The notes under the pieces were generated by a model, which was not told the origin of the DNA, did no database searches, and saw only the letters and a program-made list of their open reading frames with translations. A stretch of DNA of 64,000 bases. Origin: Bdellovibrionales bacterium (GTDB lineage Bacteria > Bdellovibrionota > Bdellovibrionia > Bdellovibrionales > UBA1609). Shown here one piece after another: positions 1-10,318 of the stretch. Both the position numbers and the translations under genes were made by a program. Numbering within the stretch: the stretch's first letter is position 1; each line of letters starts with the position of its first letter. The stretch lies in assembly GCA_028819545.1 (NCBI GenBank), contig JAPPLG010000019.1:2494-66493 (forward strand), read 5' to 3'.

Positions 1-78
1 CAAATCATCCAGCACCCTTTGACAGATATTGGACTTAAAAAGTTTTTAGAGTCAGCTCAAGCACTTCAAAAAAAATGA
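1..78 (+). CDS. 3' end of an unidentified gene (partial, runs off the window)
   Basis: Frame 1 is open from base 1 and ends ...ESAQALQKK then TGA at 76-78. The stop overlaps the next ATG (ATGA), suggesting translational coupling. Confidence 0.3.
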   Translation, partial: QIIQHPLTDIGLKKFLESAQALQKK

Positions 79-212
79 AATTAAAAAAATCTTATTTATT
101 AACAATTATAGTTTCTTTCATTATTTTTCTAATTTTATTTTATCCCCGCATTCTGCCAACAGTCGATACAAGAAGTATTTCCCCTGTTATTATAGAATCC
201 ACTCAAAAATAA
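75..212 (+). CDS. small hydrophobic protein, 45 aa (below the ORF-track cutoff)
   Basis: ATG at 75, TAA at 210-212. Translation is MKLKKSYLLTIIVSFIIFLILFYPRILPTVDTRSISPVIIESTQK, with one predicted TM helix. ATGA overlap with the upstream frame. Confidence 0.3.
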   Translation: MKLKKSYLLTIIVSFIIFLILFYPRILPTVDTRSISPVIIESTQK

Positions 213-222
213 TATAAAACCA

Positions 223-1137
223 TTAATGATTTAAAAAAGAAAGTGCTGTCTCTATAGCTTTTTTCATTGAAGAAGAATTCGCTTTATTTTGACCAAAAAT
301 ATCTTTAGCTGTTCCATGATCCACACTTGTTCTCACAAAAGGCAAACCTAATGTTGTTTGTATTCCTTCTTGAGGGTGAGTCATTTTAAAAGGAATAAGG
401 CCCTGATCATGATAAGCACACAAATAAAAAGAATACTTATTCCAATTTGCAGGCTGAAAAGCTGTATCCGGCACCAAAGGCCCTACAACATCTTTTTTAC
501 TGTATTGATCTAAGACATTAAGAAAAACTTTCTGCTCTTCACTTCCTAAAATACCTTCTTCTCCTGCATGCGGATTCAAGCCCAAAACTCCAATGGGTTT
601 TGTTAAAGAAAGTTTTTTACGAAATAATAAAGTCTCTTCAATCCCTTTTTGCAGAAGAGAAGGTGTTATTTGAACAGTGTTTAAAGGTTGATGATCTGTT
701 AGAAGAACCACATTAAATTTTTCACCTAAAAAACACATGAAAAGAAATGGGCAACCTGATACCTCTTTTAATAAATCTGTATGCCCTTTAAATTGAAATC
801 CATCTTTCTTAATTTGAATTTTAGATAACGGAGCTGTTACTAATGCACGTCTTTTTGCATCCTCCAAACAAAGCTGACTGGCTTTTTTAACCCAAATAAT
901 AGGAGAATCAGAAGAGCAAACTTCTATTAAATCAACATCCGCACACTCAGAGAACTGATTCACTCTGGAAAAACGAAATAAGGAAAAAGAGTCTTGTCCT
1001 ATATGAGGGTATTTTTCTGAACTTCTCCAAAGACAAAATTGAACATTTTTTTTTACACCTATAGCTTTCAAAGCCTTTAAGCTGACTTCCAGTCCAACTC
1101 CATCCACATCTCCAGTAACAATATGTATTTGTATCAT
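223..1137 (-). CDS. pdxA: 4-hydroxythreonine-4-phosphate dehydrogenase PdxA family
   Basis: 304 aa with motifs GLNPHAGEEG, HDQGLIPFK and VRTSVDHGTA. It follows surA-like genes, as in the classical surA-pdxA arrangement. Confidence 0.9.
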   Translation of the reverse strand: MIQIHIVTGDVDGVGLEVSLKALKAIGVKKNVQFCLWRSSEKYPHIGQDSFSLFRFSRVNQFSECADVDLIEVCSSDSPIIWVKKASQLCLEDAKRRALVTAPLSKIQIKKDGFQFKGHTDLLKEVSGCPFLFMCFLGEKFNVVLLTDHQPLNTVQITPSLLQKGIEETLLFRKKLSLTKPIGVLGLNPHAGEEGILGSEEQKVFLNVLDQYSKKDVVGPLVPDTAFQPANWNKYSFYLCAYHDQGLIPFKMTHPQEGIQTTLGLPFVRTSVDHGTAKDIFGQNKANSSSMKKAIETALSFLNH

Positions 1138-2036
1138 GTGTATTTTTTGATAATAGAAGATTTTCTCTTATCTTCCATCCAATTTTTAAATTTAGATGAA
1201 AATCTTTCTTGAAAAATTTTTGCCCTTAGTCTCTCAGTAGCCCTTTGATCACTGACAAGAAAAGACCTCTGCAACAACTCAAAGACATAACAATGTGAAC
1301 CAAAACAAATGGGCCTGGAAAACTGCCCCACACTCATTCCTGAAATCACTTTTCTTAAATCAGTATTCATTTGCTCTTCTGTTAAAGAAACAAACTGAGA
1401 GGGGAGATTTTTTTTCTCTGTTTGTTTGGAAAACCCTTCAGCTGTGGCTTTACCTTGCTTGCTAAAATCAAACGTCCATTGATTCAGATCATATTTATAT
1501 TGTTTAAAAAAGTTTTTACCTGTTTTCATTCGATAATAGTCATTAATATCCGTATCCAACACTTGCGTTGCAGAAGCAATTTCTGTTTGAACCCATCTGT
1601 CAAACAAACTGTTGTAATAAAGTATATCCTGATATTCTTCCAAAGAAAGACCTATTCTTCTCAGCTTCTTTTTAAGGCGTTTTTGAGAAATATTTTTTCT
1701 TTTTAACTCCTGTCTTAAAACCTCCTCCTTTGATGAAGATTCCAGCTGTTCTACAGGCAGTTGAGACTTCAATACTTTTTCATCAATCATAAAACTAATT
1801 AATTTTTTTCTACTCCTTACTAATTCCTTTTTAGGTTTGATTTGAAACAACACCCCTGCTGGAGCTAAAGAAGAGGATAGCAGTTTACGGTAAGCTTTCA
1901 CTTCAGATAAAAAGATCATTTCATCATCCACGACAGCTACAGTTTTTTCTATCGTTCTTGCTGAAGCAAAAAAAGTAACAAGGTAAAGAAGAATAAAAAG
2001 ACTTTGATACTTCATAACGGTTTTTTGTCTTAACAC
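1134..2036 (-). CDS. SurA-like periplasmic chaperone (SurA N-terminal domain, degenerate parvulin domain)
   Basis: Signal peptide, then TIEKTVAVVDDEMIFLSEV, typical of the SurA N-domain. C-terminal GMSVGQFSRPICFGSHCYVFEL resembles a degenerate PPIase. The start may be M8 (2015). Confidence 0.65.
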   Translation of the reverse strand: MLRQKTVMKYQSLFILLYLVTFFASARTIEKTVAVVDDEMIFLSEVKAYRKLLSSSLAPAGVLFQIKPKKELVRSRKKLISFMIDEKVLKSQLPVEQLESSSKEEVLRQELKRKNISQKRLKKKLRRIGLSLEEYQDILYYNSLFDRWVQTEIASATQVLDTDINDYYRMKTGKNFFKQYKYDLNQWTFDFSKQGKATAEGFSKQTEKKNLPSQFVSLTEEQMNTDLRKVISGMSVGQFSRPICFGSHCYVFELLQRSFLVSDQRATERLRAKIFQERFSSKFKNWMEDKRKSSIIKKYT

Positions 2037-2071
2037 AGACTAAAACAAAAATTCAAGTGTTATAGATTTAT

Positions 2072-2923
2072 TTAAATGGATTTAATCAGTTTATTTGAGA
2101 TTCTGACTTTATATTTCTTTTGAATTTTATTAAGCTGTTCATTAAAGACTTTTGTTCGCTTTTCTGTTCTCATTTGATTCTTCACATCCTCCACATTAGC
2201 CTCTTTAAAAGGAACAACCCGATTTAATTTTATAATATAAAAACCATTTGGAGTGCGTATAGGTTTGGTTATCTGATTCTTTTTCAAGGACCTTACAGCA
2301 TCATAAACCAAAGGATAAAGATTGGTTCTGGAATAATTAATATCCCCCCTGCCGACAAATGTATTGTCCGAATAAAGAGGAACCAGGTCCACAAAAGGTT
2401 TTTTACTTTTTAAAACTTTAGAGTGTATCTCCATAGCTCTTTTTCGTATTTCAGAAATTTGCGCTTTATCTGCAGACTGAGGAATATTCAAGACAATAAA
2501 GTGAATATTAAAATATGGATTAGCTCTGTAAAAAGCCTGTAATGCCTTATTTGAAGCATTTCTGACTTCTCTATCAATTTTTGAAAGCTGAGCCTGCATT
2601 CTTTTGGAAATAAAAGTTTTGTATACAGACTGATCTAAAGCTTGTCTGAGCTCCGAATCTACAATCGAGTTTCTAACTTTTGCAGATTTCACTAAACTTC
2701 TATCATTATATGCTTCCTCTACAATCACACGATATCGCACATAATCTTTTACAAATTGAGTTCGAGTAGGTGCATTTAAAGTAGAATTCAACACCACCTG
2801 GTAAGCTTGCTTTACTTCCTTTAAAGAGACATTTTTTACAGAGCCGTCTGCTGATGAAAAAGTCGCTATATTTTGAGAAAAAGCAAAAAATGGAAAAAGT
2901 AAAATAATAAAAAGATAAGACAT
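2072..2923 (-). CDS. PpiC/parvulin-type peptidyl-prolyl isomerase, SurA/PpiD-like
   Basis: Signal peptide MSYLFIILLFPFFAFS. Parvulin-like C-terminal block IHFIVLNIP...ITKPIRTPNGFYIIKL. Confidence 0.65.
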   Translation of the reverse strand: MSYLFIILLFPFFAFSQNIATFSSADGSVKNVSLKEVKQAYQVVLNSTLNAPTRTQFVKDYVRYRVIVEEAYNDRSLVKSAKVRNSIVDSELRQALDQSVYKTFISKRMQAQLSKIDREVRNASNKALQAFYRANPYFNIHFIVLNIPQSADKAQISEIRKRAMEIHSKVLKSKKPFVDLVPLYSDNTFVGRGDINYSRTNLYPLVYDAVRSLKKNQITKPIRTPNGFYIIKLNRVVPFKEANVEDVKNQMRTEKRTKVFNEQLNKIQKKYKVRISNKLIKSI

Positions 2924-2982
2924 AAGACCTACTTCTAAATCAAGGAGAGAGCTTATAATATATCACTGAAATATCTATAAAA

Positions 2983-3903
2983 TCAAGCTTTGCTCAATTC
3001 TTTAATCAAAGCAGGTATAATTTCAAAAACATCTCCAACCAGACCATAGTTTGATTTTTTAAAAATAGGGGCAGAAGCATCTTTATTAATAGCCACTATC
3101 ACTTGCGCTCCCTGTATCCCAACCAAATGTTGAATGGCACCCGAAATTCCACAAGCAATATAGAGTTTTGGAGAAACCAGCGTTCCTGTTTGTCCCACCT
3201 GCATATGATGTGGAACCCAGCCTGCATCTACAACAGCACGGGAGGCTCCTACTGCCGCAGAAATTGTTTCAGCTAATTTTTCCAAAAGCTCAAAGTTTTT
3301 AGCCTCCCCCATTCCTCTTCCTCCAGATACAATCTTTTCAGCAGAGTTAATTTGTTTTTTAACTTGGGAGGACTGAACACGGGTTATTTTTTTTATAGGA
3401 GTATCAAAGGGCTCAAAAGGAATATCTTGTATTTGAGGTGTTCCTTTTTCATATTTTTGAGTAAGAGGCAAAGCTGATGGATTTAAAAGTATCACACAAG
3501 GTTTTTGTAAAACCTTAAGTTGAGCTGATAACTTGCCAGTATAAAGCGGTTTTTGAATAAATAAGGAATGATCTTGTAAGCGTACTTCTGATACATCACT
3601 AAAAAAAGAGGCTTTTTTTGACATGGACAATCCCGGTAAAAAATCCCTATTTGATGAATGATCCAAAGCTAAAAGTACGTCTGGCTTTTCCTGATCGTAC
3701 AAATCAGAAACAATTTTAGAAAAGTAACAAGGATGATAAGAAGAGTCTTTTTTTAAAACTCGAAAAATCGGAGAAGAGATATCCGGCCACAACATATCCT
3801 CAGAGCCAATAGTAAAAAAACAAACCTCTTCAAATAAACTCTGAGCATACCTAATAAGTTTAAAATAATCTGAAGAGGACTCAATAAATACTAAAGCTTT
3901 CAT
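2983..3903 (-). CDS. etfA: electron transfer flavoprotein alpha subunit
   Basis: 306 aa. C-terminal FAD-binding block VSGGRGMG...GASRAVVDAGW...QVGQTG..V.PKLYIACGISGAIQHLVG. Confidence 0.9.
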   Translation of the reverse strand: MKALVFIESSSDYFKLIRYAQSLFEEVCFFTIGSEDMLWPDISSPIFRVLKKDSSYHPCYFSKIVSDLYDQEKPDVLLALDHSSNRDFLPGLSMSKKASFFSDVSEVRLQDHSLFIQKPLYTGKLSAQLKVLQKPCVILLNPSALPLTQKYEKGTPQIQDIPFEPFDTPIKKITRVQSSQVKKQINSAEKIVSGGRGMGEAKNFELLEKLAETISAAVGASRAVVDAGWVPHHMQVGQTGTLVSPKLYIACGISGAIQHLVGIQGAQVIVAINKDASAPIFKKSNYGLVGDVFEIIPALIKELSKA

Positions 3904-3914
3904 GAAAAACCTTT

Positions 3915-4673
3915 TTATAGAACTTGTTCTTTTTCTTTTAAGAGTCGAACTAATTTCTGCGCTTGCTCGTCAGCTGTGCCCTCAATCATTTGCACAGAAG
4001 GCCTGGGTTTAGGAAAACTTAAATGTTCCACTGTAAAATGAGGCTCAAAAGAAGGAGCAGACAGAGTTTCAATAGGTTTATTTTTTGCTTTCATAATCCC
4101 CGGCAGGCTGGGATACCTTGGTGTATTGATACCCTTAGTTACAGAGATAACAACAGGCCCTGTCACTTCCAAAATCTCCACCAAACCTCCTTCTACAGAA
4201 CGAAGGATCTCCAAAGAATTTTCTTTTTTCTCTATTTTTACAGCTAAAGAAATGTATGTGCGATTTAACAGTTGTGCCAAAGCTCCTCCAAAAGCGCCAA
4301 AGTTCCAATCTACAGCTGATCTCCCGCAAAAAATAACATCAGTTTTTTTCAATTTCTCACTGAGTGAATCAAAAATCACTTGCGCTGTTTGAAGAGAGTC
4401 TAAAGATTGTTCAGTATGAACATGAACCCCTGAGTGCGCCCCCATAGCCAAAGCCGTTCTCAAGGCTTCTTTAGTTTGAGCTGGACCTACAGCGCACACC
4501 TCCACTTTACCCGAGTCCTTCTCGCTCCACTGGATGGCCTCTTCCAAGGCAAACTCGTCATAAGGGTTGATCACCCACTTCACAGCAGACAAATCAACTT
4601 CTTTTTCACCCTCTTTGAGTTGAAAACGAGTCGTGGTGTCCGGCACCTGCTTAAGACAAACAAAGTAATTCAT
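3915..4673 (-). CDS. etfB: electron transfer flavoprotein beta subunit
   Basis: 252 aa. N-terminus MNYFVCLKQVPDTTTRFQL...INPYDEFALEEA is typical of EtfB. Lies immediately upstream of etfA. Confidence 0.9.
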   Translation of the reverse strand: MNYFVCLKQVPDTTTRFQLKEGEKEVDLSAVKWVINPYDEFALEEAIQWSEKDSGKVEVCAVGPAQTKEALRTALAMGAHSGVHVHTEQSLDSLQTAQVIFDSLSEKLKKTDVIFCGRSAVDWNFGAFGGALAQLLNRTYISLAVKIEKKENSLEILRSVEGGLVEILEVTGPVVISVTKGINTPRYPSLPGIMKAKNKPIETLSAPSFEPHFTVEHLSFPKPRPSVQMIEGTADEQAQKLVRLLKEKEQVL

Positions 4674-4705
4674 ATTTTTTATTCTTTTTTATCCCATTTT
4701 TTTAT

Positions 4706-5365
4706 ATGATCTATAAGCATATGAAAAGCATTTTTATTCAATCCACTGTGTGGCGAAAAGTTTTTGTGGGATTAACAGGGCTTGGTCTGGCGTTTTTCGT
4801 ACTTATCCACATGTTAGGCAACCTTCTTCTTTTTATTGGAGAGGAAAGTTACAATATGTACTCCCACCGTCTTATCAGCAACCCCTTAACTCTTCTTCTT
4901 GAAATGGGCTTGATTGTCATCTTTAGTATTCACATACTGTGGGCTTTGGCTCTAGCTGTATATAATAGAAATAAAAAGGGCTCTTCAGCAGAAAAAGACT
5001 CTAACTCTCTGATTCATAAAACTTTATGGATCCAGGGAATCATTATTTTAACTTTTGTGGTTCTCCATTTAATCACCTTTAAATTCGGAACTTACTACAC
5101 CACAATATATAATGGACAGGAGGTTAGAGATTTATTCAGACTGGTTAATGAAGTTTTTCAAAAACCTTTATATGTTGCGTGGTATTTATTCAGCCTGCTT
5201 ATTTTATTTTTTCATCTCAATCATGGACTTCAGGCCTCTTTAAGGTCTCTAGGTTTCTACCATCAGCCTTTTATTCAAAAAACAGGTCTGATTTACTCCC
5301 TCATTGTAACTATAGGGTTTATGGCTCAACCACTTTATTTTTTAGGAGGTTTTGTTGGAATCTAA
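4706..5365 (+). CDS. sdhC: succinate dehydrogenase/fumarate reductase cytochrome b subunit (single-subunit b558 type)
   Basis: 219 aa polytopic membrane protein with conserved His in the TM helices. Overlaps and precedes sdhA. Confidence 0.8.
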   Translation: MIYKHMKSIFIQSTVWRKVFVGLTGLGLAFFVLIHMLGNLLLFIGEESYNMYSHRLISNPLTLLLEMGLIVIFSIHILWALALAVYNRNKKGSSAEKDSNSLIHKTLWIQGIIILTFVVLHLITFKFGTYYTTIYNGQEVRDLFRLVNEVFQKPLYVAWYLFSLLILFFHLNHGLQASLRSLGFYHQPFIQKTGLIYSLIVTIGFMAQPLYFLGGFVGI

Positions 5366-7253
5366 AATCCCTTCCGGCTCCTTATCCAACCAATGGAGTC
5401 TTTTTCGAAGAACTGCAAAGTTAGTTAATCCTTCTAACAGAAGAAAGTATGACATTATTATCGTAGGAGCTGGACTGGCCGGCGCCTCTGCTTCTGCAAG
5501 TCTTGGAGAACTGGGTTATTCTGTAAAAACATTCTTTATGCATGACTCTCCAAGAAGAGCCCATTCTATCGCCGCTCAAGGAGGAATTAATGCGGCTAAA
5601 AATTATCCAAATGACGGAGACTCTATTGAACGTCTTTTCTATGATACTATAAAGGGAGGAGATTTTCGGGCTAGAGAAAGCAATGTCTATAGACTCGCAG
5701 AAATTTCCAATCATATTATCGATCACTGCGTCGCCCAGGGAGTGCCTTTTGCCAGGGAATACGGCGGTTTACTGGATAATAGATCTTTTGGAGGAGCTCA
5801 GGTCGCCCGCACTTTTTATGCCAGAGGGCAAACAGGCCAACAACTCTTGCTTGGAGCTTATTCCTCTTTAATGAAGCAAGTGGATCAAAAAAGAGTTCAA
5901 CTTTATCCAAGAAGAGAAATGCTGGATCTTATTGTAGAAAATTCCAAAGCACGAGGGATTACGGTAAGAAACTTAATCACTGGTGAAATTGAAACCTATA
6001 CCAGCCATGCCGTACTTCTTTGCACCGGAGGATATGGAAATGCATTTTATCTCTCCACCAATGCTCTGCACTCCAATGTGACAGCGGCCTGGCGTTGTCA
6101 TAAGAAGGGAGCTTATTTTGCCAATCCTTGTTTTACTCAAATTCATCCGACTTGTATTCCCCGCTCTCATGCCGGGCAGTCTAAATTAACTTTGATGTCC
6201 GAGTCTCTAAGAAATGACGGAAGAGTCTGGGTCCCTAAAAAAGAAAAAGATCCGAGAAAGCCTCAGGATATATCAGAGTCCGAAAGAGACTATTATTTAG
6301 AGCGTATTTATCCTTCTTTTGGAAATTTAGTCCCTCGGGATGTGGCTTCAAGACAGGCTAAATTTCAAGTGGATAAAAATAAAGGAGTGGGGCCAACTGG
6401 TGAGGCTGTATATTTGGATTTTAGCCAAGCTATTAAAAGAGATGGAAAAAAAAGAATTTCAGAAAAATACGGCAATTTATTTCAAATGTATCAACAAATC
6501 ACAGGAGAAGATCCCTATCAAACTCCTATGAGAATTTTCCCAGCTGTTCATTACACTATGGGGGGTCTTTGGGTGGACTATGAACTTCAAAGCACTATTC
6601 CAGGTCTTTTCGTTTTAGGAGAAGCTAATTTTTCCGATCATGGAGCTAACCGTCTGGGAGCTTCTGCCTTAATGCAGGGTCTTGCTGATGGGTATTTTAT
6701 TATTCCTGTTTGTGTCGCTAATTATTTATCTCAAACAGATTTTACAAGCATCTCTGAAACAGCCTTAAAAAAATCCAAAGAGGAGCAAATAGAAAAAATA
6801 AACTCTCTTTTAAAACTAAAAGGGGACACATCTATCAAAGACATTCATAAAAAGTTAGGGGAAATTTTGTGGAATCATGTGGGTATGGTCCGAAACAAAG
6901 AAGGTTTACTTAAAGCCATCTCAGAAATTCAAAAATTAAGAGAGGAATTTTGGAACAATACTTTTATCCCTGGGGAGGCCGATTATAAAAACGCAGAACT
7001 TGAAAGGGCTTTACGTGTCTCAGACTATCTGGAGTTAGGAGAACTTATGGCACTAGATGCTCTCCAAAGAGAAGAGTCCTGTGGATCACACTTCAGAACA
7101 GAATATCAAAGCTCTGAACAGGAGGCTCTTCGAGATGATGAAAAATTCTGCCATGTCAGCGCCTGGGAGCATACATCTGCCTGTAAATGGACAGAGCATC
7201 GTGAAAAACTTTCTTTTGAAGAAGTCACCCCTTCCAAAAGGAGTTATAAGTAG
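5352..7253 (+). CDS. sdhA: succinate dehydrogenase/fumarate reductase flavoprotein subunit
   Basis: 633 aa with GAGLAGASA dinucleotide fold, [12 protein letters not shown] (covalent FAD His region), [10 protein letters not shown] and RLGASAL. Confidence 0.93.
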   Translation: MLESKIPSGSLSNQWSLFRRTAKLVNPSNRRKYDIIIVGAGLAGASASASLGELGYSVKTFFMHDSPRRAHSIAAQGGINAAKNYPNDGDSIERLFYDTIKGGDFRARESNVYRLAEISNHIIDHCVAQGVPFAREYGGLLDNRSFGGAQVARTFYARGQTGQQLLLGAYSSLMKQVDQKRVQLYPRREMLDLIVENSKARGITVRNLITGEIETYTSHAVLLCTGGYGNAFYLSTNALHSNVTAAWRCHKKGAYFANPCFTQIHPTCIPRSHAGQSKLTLMSESLRNDGRVWVPKKEKDPRKPQDISESERDYYLERIYPSFGNLVPRDVASRQAKFQVDKNKGVGPTGEAVYLDFSQAIKRDGKKRISEKYGNLFQMYQQITGEDPYQTPMRIFPAVHYTMGGLWVDYELQSTIPGLFVLGEANFSDHGANRLGASALMQGLADGYFIIPVCVANYLSQTDFTSISETALKKSKEEQIEKINSLLKLKGDTSIKDIHKKLGEILWNHVGMVRNKEGLLKAISEIQKLREEFWNNTFIPGEADYKNAELERALRVSDYLELGELMALDALQREESCGSHFRTEYQSSEQEALRDDEKFCHVSAWEHTSACKWTEHREKLSFEEVTPSKRSYK

Positions 7254-7849
7254 TTTTTATTCTTTACAGAAACATAGGGGTTATTTTTTATATAAAAACG
7301 AAGAGGCCAGTAGTAAGAGTCAGAATAAAGAGACAAACCCACTCTTTTATCCACAGCCATTTCCTGAAAAGAAATTGCTTTTCCATTTTCTACATAAATA
7401 GAATTTCCCATTAAACTTTCTCCGTTTAAACTTTTATCAATCTTCATAGCCTGACAAAGTTTTGCCGGTCCATTTGTTAAATTAAACGTATCTTCCAATT
7501 TTCTATTAATCATCATCTCTTCAATTCCTTTTAAAGGCTGTACCGCTCGGATCAAAACCGCCTCCGGCTGATCTTGACCCCCTGTCACAACATTAAAACA
7601 ATAGTGCATTCCATAAGTGAAATAGACATAAGCATGGCCTCCTTGAAGATACATGGTTTTTGTTCTGTTTGTTCTTCTTCCTCCAAAACTATGACAAGAG
7701 GAATCCTCCAAGCCCAAATAAGCTTCAGTTTCGACAATCCGACCTTTGAAAACAGTCCCTTTTTTTGTAACGCGAACTAGAGTTTGCCCTAAAAGCTCAA
7801 CAGCGGTTTTTGTTGTTTCCTGCTGAAAAAATGTAAAAGGCAATTTCAA
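7244..7849 (-). CDS. mpg: DNA-3-methyladenine glycosylase (Mpg/AAG family)
   Basis: 201 aa with [45 protein letters not shown], the hallmark of the MPG family. Its 3' end overlaps the sdhA 3' end by 10 nt (convergent). Confidence 0.85.
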   Translation of the reverse strand: MKLPFTFFQQETTKTAVELLGQTLVRVTKKGTVFKGRIVETEAYLGLEDSSCHSFGGRRTNRTKTMYLQGGHAYVYFTYGMHYCFNVVTGGQDQPEAVLIRAVQPLKGIEEMMINRKLEDTFNLTNGPAKLCQAMKIDKSLNGESLMGNSIYVENGKAISFQEMAVDKRVGLSLYSDSYYWPLRFYIKNNPYVSVKNKNYL

Positions 7850-7865
7850 AAAAACACCTTATTTT

Positions 7866-8528
7866 TTACTCCGAATAGAGAAGATTATAAATTCTTTCCA
7901 CTCTTTGTATGTCACTTTTGTAAATTTCATTTTCGATCTTATCACCTTTAAAAGATTCCAAGTAATTTATTATGTAATCTAATATTCTGGAGAAATTTCT
8001 ATTTATTAAATGATTATCCATGCCCGTTAAAACACTTTTTAAACTTGTTCTATGCTGTCCTTTTGTAATTTCTATTAATGTTCTTCGAAACTCCTCACTA
8101 TTGAAAGGCTTTAGGTAAGGCAGATCTATATCAAGAAGTTCATTGAGAAGTTTTGAAATAAAAAGGCTTTGCTGAAGCTTAAATGCAACACCTGCAATAA
8201 CTATGTCCAGCATTAAGATAAAATTACCATGAAGAAAATGTCTGGAGGGATTGGAATACCCACCCCAATGACCAAAGTCTCCTGCTCCACCTCTTTGCAT
8301 CATATGCATCTTTATATTTGCCAGTGCCTGTGCTTGATAGTTTGAACTCGACATATCCCTTAGAGCCTCTATTATATCTCTAAATGCTTGCTGGATTTCA
8401 TGGCTGTTTACAACACTCCCTATATCATTTTTCTCAGAAAAGAATTTTTGACACTTTTGATCTGAAGCGAAAGTGTTTAAAACAAGGATGCTTAAAGTAA
8501 AGAGTAAAAAAAGCTTAAACACTCTCAT
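7866..8528 (-). CDS. hypothetical secreted protein
   Basis: 220 aa ORF with signal peptide MRVFKLFLLFTLSILVLNTFA. No recognisable domain. Confidence 0.5.
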   Translation of the reverse strand: MRVFKLFLLFTLSILVLNTFASDQKCQKFFSEKNDIGSVVNSHEIQQAFRDIIEALRDMSSSNYQAQALANIKMHMMQRGGAGDFGHWGGYSNPSRHFLHGNFILMLDIVIAGVAFKLQQSLFISKLLNELLDIDLPYLKPFNSEEFRRTLIEITKGQHRTSLKSVLTGMDNHLINRNFSRILDYIINYLESFKGDKIENEIYKSDIQRVERIYNLLYSE

Positions 8529-8699
8529 ATAACGCCCTTACCCTTCCTGCCTCTGTAAAAAAAGAGACACTTTAGTTTCTTTCTTTGGAAAACACAACTT
8601 TTTAGATAGAAAATGAAAAAAATACACCCTTAAGCTTTTCATCCTTGGTTCATTCACTCAATAAAAAGATTTGAAAAGAAAAGTTTTTTATCCGATATT

Positions 8700-9449
8700 A
8701 TGAGAGTTATGAAGTTAACCTTGCATATCTGGAAACAAAAAGGCTCCCAATCCAAAGGGCAATTTGTCAGCTACCAATTGGATCAACTTTCCCCTGACCT
8801 CTCTTTTTTGGAAATGCTCGACATCCTCAATGAGTCTCTAATCAAAGATAAAAAAGAGCCCATAGCTTTTGATCATGACTGTAGAGAAGGTATTTGCGGC
8901 TCTTGCAGTTTAAGGATTAATGGATCCTCCCACGGCCCCAACCGAGGACAAGCCTCCTGTCAAATTCATTTAAGACAGTTTAAAGACGGTGACGAGCTTT
9001 GGATTGAACCTTTTCGGGCCAAGTCTTTCCCTGTTATTCGCGACTTAATTGTAGATCGAAGCGCTTTGGACCGAATTGTACAAGTTGGTGGTTATATCTC
9101 TGTTAAAACAGGGTCCGCTCCGGAAGCTCATAGCATTCCCGTACAAAAAAACAAAGCAGATACAGCTTTTGCTTCTGCCGCCTGTATTGGATGCGGAGCC
9201 TGTGTAGATGCTTGCAAAAATGCTTCCGCAAGCCTTTTTGTCGGGGCTAAGCTGATGCATCTCTCCTCTCTTCCCCAAGGAAAGACAGAAGAAAAAACAC
9301 GTACACTCAAAATGGTTCAACAAATGGATAAGGAAGGGTTTGGCGCCTGTTCTCATACAGGAAAATGTGAAGCTGTTTGTCCAAAAGAAATTTCTTTAAA
9401 AACAATTGCTCAGATGAATCGAAATTTTATCAAGCATTCTCTAAGTTAA
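8700..9449 (+). CDS. sdhB: succinate dehydrogenase/fumarate reductase iron-sulfur subunit
   Basis: 249 aa with Cys clusters CREGICGSCS, CIGCGACVDAC and C..TGKCEAVCP. Confidence 0.9.
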   Translation: MRVMKLTLHIWKQKGSQSKGQFVSYQLDQLSPDLSFLEMLDILNESLIKDKKEPIAFDHDCREGICGSCSLRINGSSHGPNRGQASCQIHLRQFKDGDELWIEPFRAKSFPVIRDLIVDRSALDRIVQVGGYISVKTGSAPEAHSIPVQKNKADTAFASAACIGCGACVDACKNASASLFVGAKLMHLSSLPQGKTEEKTRTLKMVQQMDKEGFGACSHTGKCEAVCPKEISLKTIAQMNRNFIKHSLS

Positions 9450-10177
9450 TCGATTGATACCCGAATATAAGCGGCTCCTATAATAATCAAGTCTCCATGC
9501 TTAAGAGGCGCTTTCTGTATATGCTGGTAATTTAATAAAACAATGTCTTTATGATGAGTTGAAAATATGATTTTTTCTTTTTCTAAAAAAAGCTCAAAGC
9601 TTATTTCCGGAGCACTGGGATCTATCAGAGGCAAATCTGCATTAATAGAACCAATTTTTCGAGGTAAATAAGAAATATCCCAAACAGTATTTTTTTGCAC
9701 CCCTCTTTCAAACTGGAGTTGAATGGGTTTGGTTAGAAAGTTTAAAAGTCTGCTTTCATCCTTCAAAATCTCCATAGAAGATTCAAGCTGTTCTATAAGC
9801 TTACTTTTTAAATCACCATCCTCCTGTTCATTAAAAGATGTTTCAGAAGATATATTTTTTTCCTGAAAGCCTTCTTTTAACCGAAATAAAGCAGAGGAAG
9901 ACTCTTCATCCACTTGAAAGGTCGTTGATCCCAATTGAAAAACCACTCCAGGTTGAAGAATAATAAAGGAGACGGTTTTATCCTGATAATAAATTCCTCT
10001 CTTGGAGCTTAAATCTTTTAGTATGTATTGATTGTCGGATTTATGGATTTGAGCATGAGGATTGCTGATCTTAGGGTCTTCTAAAAGAATATTTCCTTTA
10101 GAACGTCCTAAAATCATATCTTCCTCTACCTGGAAAGTTTTTCCTTCAAGAGGGCCTGAAGTTACTCTTAAAATCAT
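9446..10177 (-). CDS. FHA domain protein (N-terminal FHA plus C-terminal FHA-like module)
   Basis: N-terminus GKTFQVEEDMILGRSKGNILLEDPKISNPHAQI...YILKDLSSKRGIYY fits FHA. The C-terminus ...GDLIIIGAAYIRV resembles the last FHA strands. Confidence 0.7.
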   Translation of the reverse strand: MILRVTSGPLEGKTFQVEEDMILGRSKGNILLEDPKISNPHAQIHKSDNQYILKDLSSKRGIYYQDKTVSFIILQPGVVFQLGSTTFQVDEESSSALFRLKEGFQEKNISSETSFNEQEDGDLKSKLIEQLESSMEILKDESRLLNFLTKPIQLQFERGVQKNTVWDISYLPRKIGSINADLPLIDPSAPEISFELFLEKEKIIFSTHHKDIVLLNYQHIQKAPLKHGDLIIIGAAYIRVSID

Positions 10178-10318
10178 GTTATCGTCTATTTTTTAACATT
10201 TATTACAAAGAACCTTTATGTAATTTTCACAGGTTTAAGCTCCTCTCTCAAGAAAAAATGTTGCAGAAATAAGTCCCTATATGTTAGGAACTAAGAGTTT
10301 TTTAACGAGGAGGGCGTT

